NCBI GenBank assembly: GCA_030615175.1
Contig: JAUWZX010000003.1
Span: 1-52,178, forward strand
Direction of reading: 5' to 3'
DNA from: Candidatus Parvarchaeota archaeon
GTDB lineage: Archaea; Nanobdellota; Nanobdellia; WJKC01
Length of the DNA stretch: 52,178 bases
A model generated the notes under the pieces. It made no database searches and was not told where the DNA came from. It saw only the letters and a program-made list of their open reading frames with translations. Positions within the stretch are counted from its first letter, which is position 1. Every line of letters starts with the position of its first letter. Made by a program: the position numbers and the translations under genes. Below, piece after piece: positions 49,872 to 52,178 of the stretch.

Positions 49872-50555
49872 CTATTTTAACCATTTAATTAAACCTTGTT
49901 CCTGGTTTAATTTTTTTATTGCTGGTTTAAACTTGATTAATTCATTATTGCTTAGTTCCTTAATTATTGGATAACCACTGTTAAAATCAGTTAGCCAACC
50001 CTTAGAGTAATTTCCTGTTAATGGATTACCAATCATGCAATAACTATTAAGTCCATTAAGGAATAAGTTTAATAAAGTCATTTTAACACAAGTAGGACTA
50101 ATGTCCTGTGCTACAAATAAGGACTTGTGATTAATCTTAGCATAGGCAAGTAATAACCTGCCACTGCCACAGCAACAGTCATTAACAACAGGGTTTTCTT
50201 TATCCTTTTTATTGCCTGTTAATTCTGCCATGCACTCGCTTATATGCGTTGGAGTAAAAAACTGCCCTCTGGCCCCATGACTTATTTTAAGCATGAATAA
50301 CTCCCCTAAAACATCTTGTTTAAGGTTTTCTTCCATTAAAACAATTAATTCGCCTGTTAGATTACAAAATAAATCTATGTCCCTTTTTCCTTTTTCTTGA
50401 TGATTATTATACTTGTTTACTATCTCTAAGTAATGCTTATCATCACGCATGAACGCATAAATCATTAAGTCAAGCCAATCATCAAAAACTCTATTATTAG
50501 AGTATCCCCTGTTTGTTAATCTATCAAATATTTTTATTAAATTACTTATATCCAT
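49872..50555 (-). CDS. N6-adenine methyltransferase-like protein (SAM-binding part only)
   Basis: GQFFTP, NDCCCGSGRLL, QDIS; no NPPY/F motif seen. Confidence 0.75.
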   Translation of the reverse strand: MDISNLIKIFDRLTNRGYSNNRVFDDWLDLMIYAFMRDDKHYLEIVNKYNNHQEKGKRDIDLFCNLTGELIVLMEENLKQDVLGELFMLKISHGARGQFFTPTHISECMAELTGNKKDKENPVVNDCCCGSGRLLLAYAKINHKSLFVAQDISPTCVKMTLLNLFLNGLNSYCMIGNPLTGNYSKGWLTDFNSGYPIIKELSNNELIKFKPAIKKLNQEQGLIKWLK

Positions 50556-50602
50556 TTAATACCCCTCCCCCTTTAATTAATTAAAAAAAATAATAAAAAA
50601 AA

Positions 50603-51097
50603 TTAAGTTCCCATAATTCTATTTAATACTGCATGGTTGTACCTTATTTCTTTTGCTCTATCAATAAATACAACTTCTTCTTTTTGGTTTTCTATCCAAT
50701 TAATAATAATGCCTTTCTCTCCCATAACATAATTATTATTAATGGTTTCCTTTATTCTGTCAGTAAATCCAACCAAGTTAATTAAAGCGTTCCCCCTAAA
50801 TACTTTGGTTGTTCCTTCTGTTTCCATATCAGTTTTTAAATCTAAATTCCAACCTTTAAGGATTAAATCACTATCTTTAAGTCTTAGCCCCATCATCTTT
50901 CTTTTATTTCTTTGTTTCACAATTAAGATAGCAATATCGTTATATTGTGCGTATCTTTCCTCTATTTTATGGCTTATATAAGTATATTCTGTTCTTGTGG
51001 TTAAAGCCATTGCTGAACTAACGCCTAATATCGTTATCTTATCGCCTTCTTTTAATAAGTCTTTTTTAAATTCCTCTTCTTTTATGTAATAGCCCAT
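50603..51097 (-). CDS. hypothetical protein
   Basis: GGTGA ribosome-binding site; T-rich terminator downstream. Confidence 0.65.
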   Translation of the reverse strand: MGYYIKEEEFKKDLLKEGDKITILGVSSAMALTTRTEYTYISHKIEERYAQYNDIAILIVKQRNKRKMMGLRLKDSDLILKGWNLDLKTDMETEGTTKVFRGNALINLVGFTDRIKETINNNYVMGEKGIIINWIENQKEEVVFIDRAKEIRYNHAVLNRIMGT

Positions 51098-51434
51098 TAT
51101 TCACCATCTCCTTTATTTTTTATTGTGTTTTGGCATAACTCAATTAAGGGTTATGCTATCAAAACAATTAAATTACATTACCCTTTTTTAATAATTCAAT
51201 TTTTAATAACTCATAAGTTTTATCAGTAAAAACCTTGTATTCTTTCTTTGCTTTATTCTTTAATTGTTCTAATTCTTTAAGGGTTTTACTTTCAAGTTCC
51301 CTTTTAGTTATTTTTATTAATTTCATTATTTACCACCACCTTTATTTTTTTATGCTCTAGCATAAAGCTGCTGGGCCTTGTGCTGTCAAAATTCATATAA
51401 GATCCGCTCCTTGTCCTGTTGAATATGATTTAAG

Positions 51435-51468
51435 TTTGAATTGTTTGAACAAATTGAACTGTTTGAAC
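51435..51468. repeat. four WTTGAAY units at 9-bp period
   Basis: Units at 51435, 51444, 51453 and 51462. Confidence 0.8.
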
Positions 51469-51989
51469 TCTTATAATTCATTTTAAAATAATTATTGGCT
51501 GCTTTCAAAAAATATTTAAGGTTTAAGCATTTAGAAATGAATACCTTGAAAATTGAGTTAAGCCCTATTCGTAAAGAAGGAAGATTACCCATCATAAATG
51601 GGGTTTGTGTTGTTTCTTCCCCGACCTTGTCTTTTACGACTTCTTTAAGTCCTTTAGGCATAGCTGCGTTTAGGTGATACTCTCGCTTTAAGTTAGGATA
51701 TGGATAAGAAAACGCAGATAAGTAAGCCCTGTGGGTTATGGCGCAGGCATTACCACAATAACAGTAATAACCGTTTAAGAATACGGGCAGGGGTTTTCCC
51801 TTGTGATGTAACGGTAGGGGGATCTTGTCTTTTCCTTGAAACGACAAATAAGGAGAAACTTGCGGTCTTCCCTTAAACAAGTAATAAAAATAATAATCTC
51901 TTAATGAAGTATCCGAAAAAGTGCGTTTAGTCTTAGTGTCAAGTATTTTGTTGTTGTTGTTATTGTAGTGTATTACTTCTCTAGAAACG

Positions 51990-52083
51990 ATTGAACACTT
52001 TGAACTGATAAGGGGGTAGTCGGCCCCTGGCATGTCCGGTAATGTTTCTATTGAACTGTTTGAACAAATTGAACTAAATGAAT
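51990..52083. repeat. WTTGAAC units at 9-bp period (2 plus 4 copies)
   Basis: Units at 51990, 51999, 52050, 52059, 52068 and a degenerate one at 52077. Confidence 0.8.
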
Positions 52084-52178
52084 TAAAATCTTTAAACATA
52101 AAACATAAGATTCAATAGTTAAATATAAAGAATTAGATACTTTAATATGGAGTTTCAATTATAATAATCTATATAAAG

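Noticed and set aside
51386..52099. 237-aa minus-strand ORF
   Set aside because: It translates DNA repeats (SSICSNSS-like twice, poly-N) and has no recognisable motifs, so it is more likely non-coding; not excluded.

Overview
AT-rich, gene-dense archaeal mobile element or virus genome, possibly near-complete. Evidence: TATA-box promoters, GGAGG/GGTGA ribosome-binding sites, almost all genes on the minus strand, and no housekeeping, rRNA or tRNA genes seen. It carries replication genes (Cdc6/Orc1 with an adjacent origin-like inverted repeat, an MCM ATPase core lacking its N-terminal domain, an AEP-like protein, an Hjc-like nuclease), a HerA-like ATPase, two HNH endonucleases and a RuvC-rearranged TnpB. 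A block of roughly 25 kb encodes membrane and surface proteins, including a likely archaeal fusexin (Fsx1). Most notable: (1) a stand-alone Cas7/RAMP-like gene overlapping a DUF559 nuclease gene, in an operon divergent from a hairpin-capped ncRNA built of 5-nt GTT-NN units, a candidate RNA-guided system with a non-contiguous guide; (2) the fusexin; (3) a 30-nt bulge-helix-bulge intron interrupting the PPY/WGLRDYG motif of a DNA methyltransferase gene; (4) an orphan, highly structured omega-RNA-like locus. All family calls are by-eye motif recognition; no searches were run.
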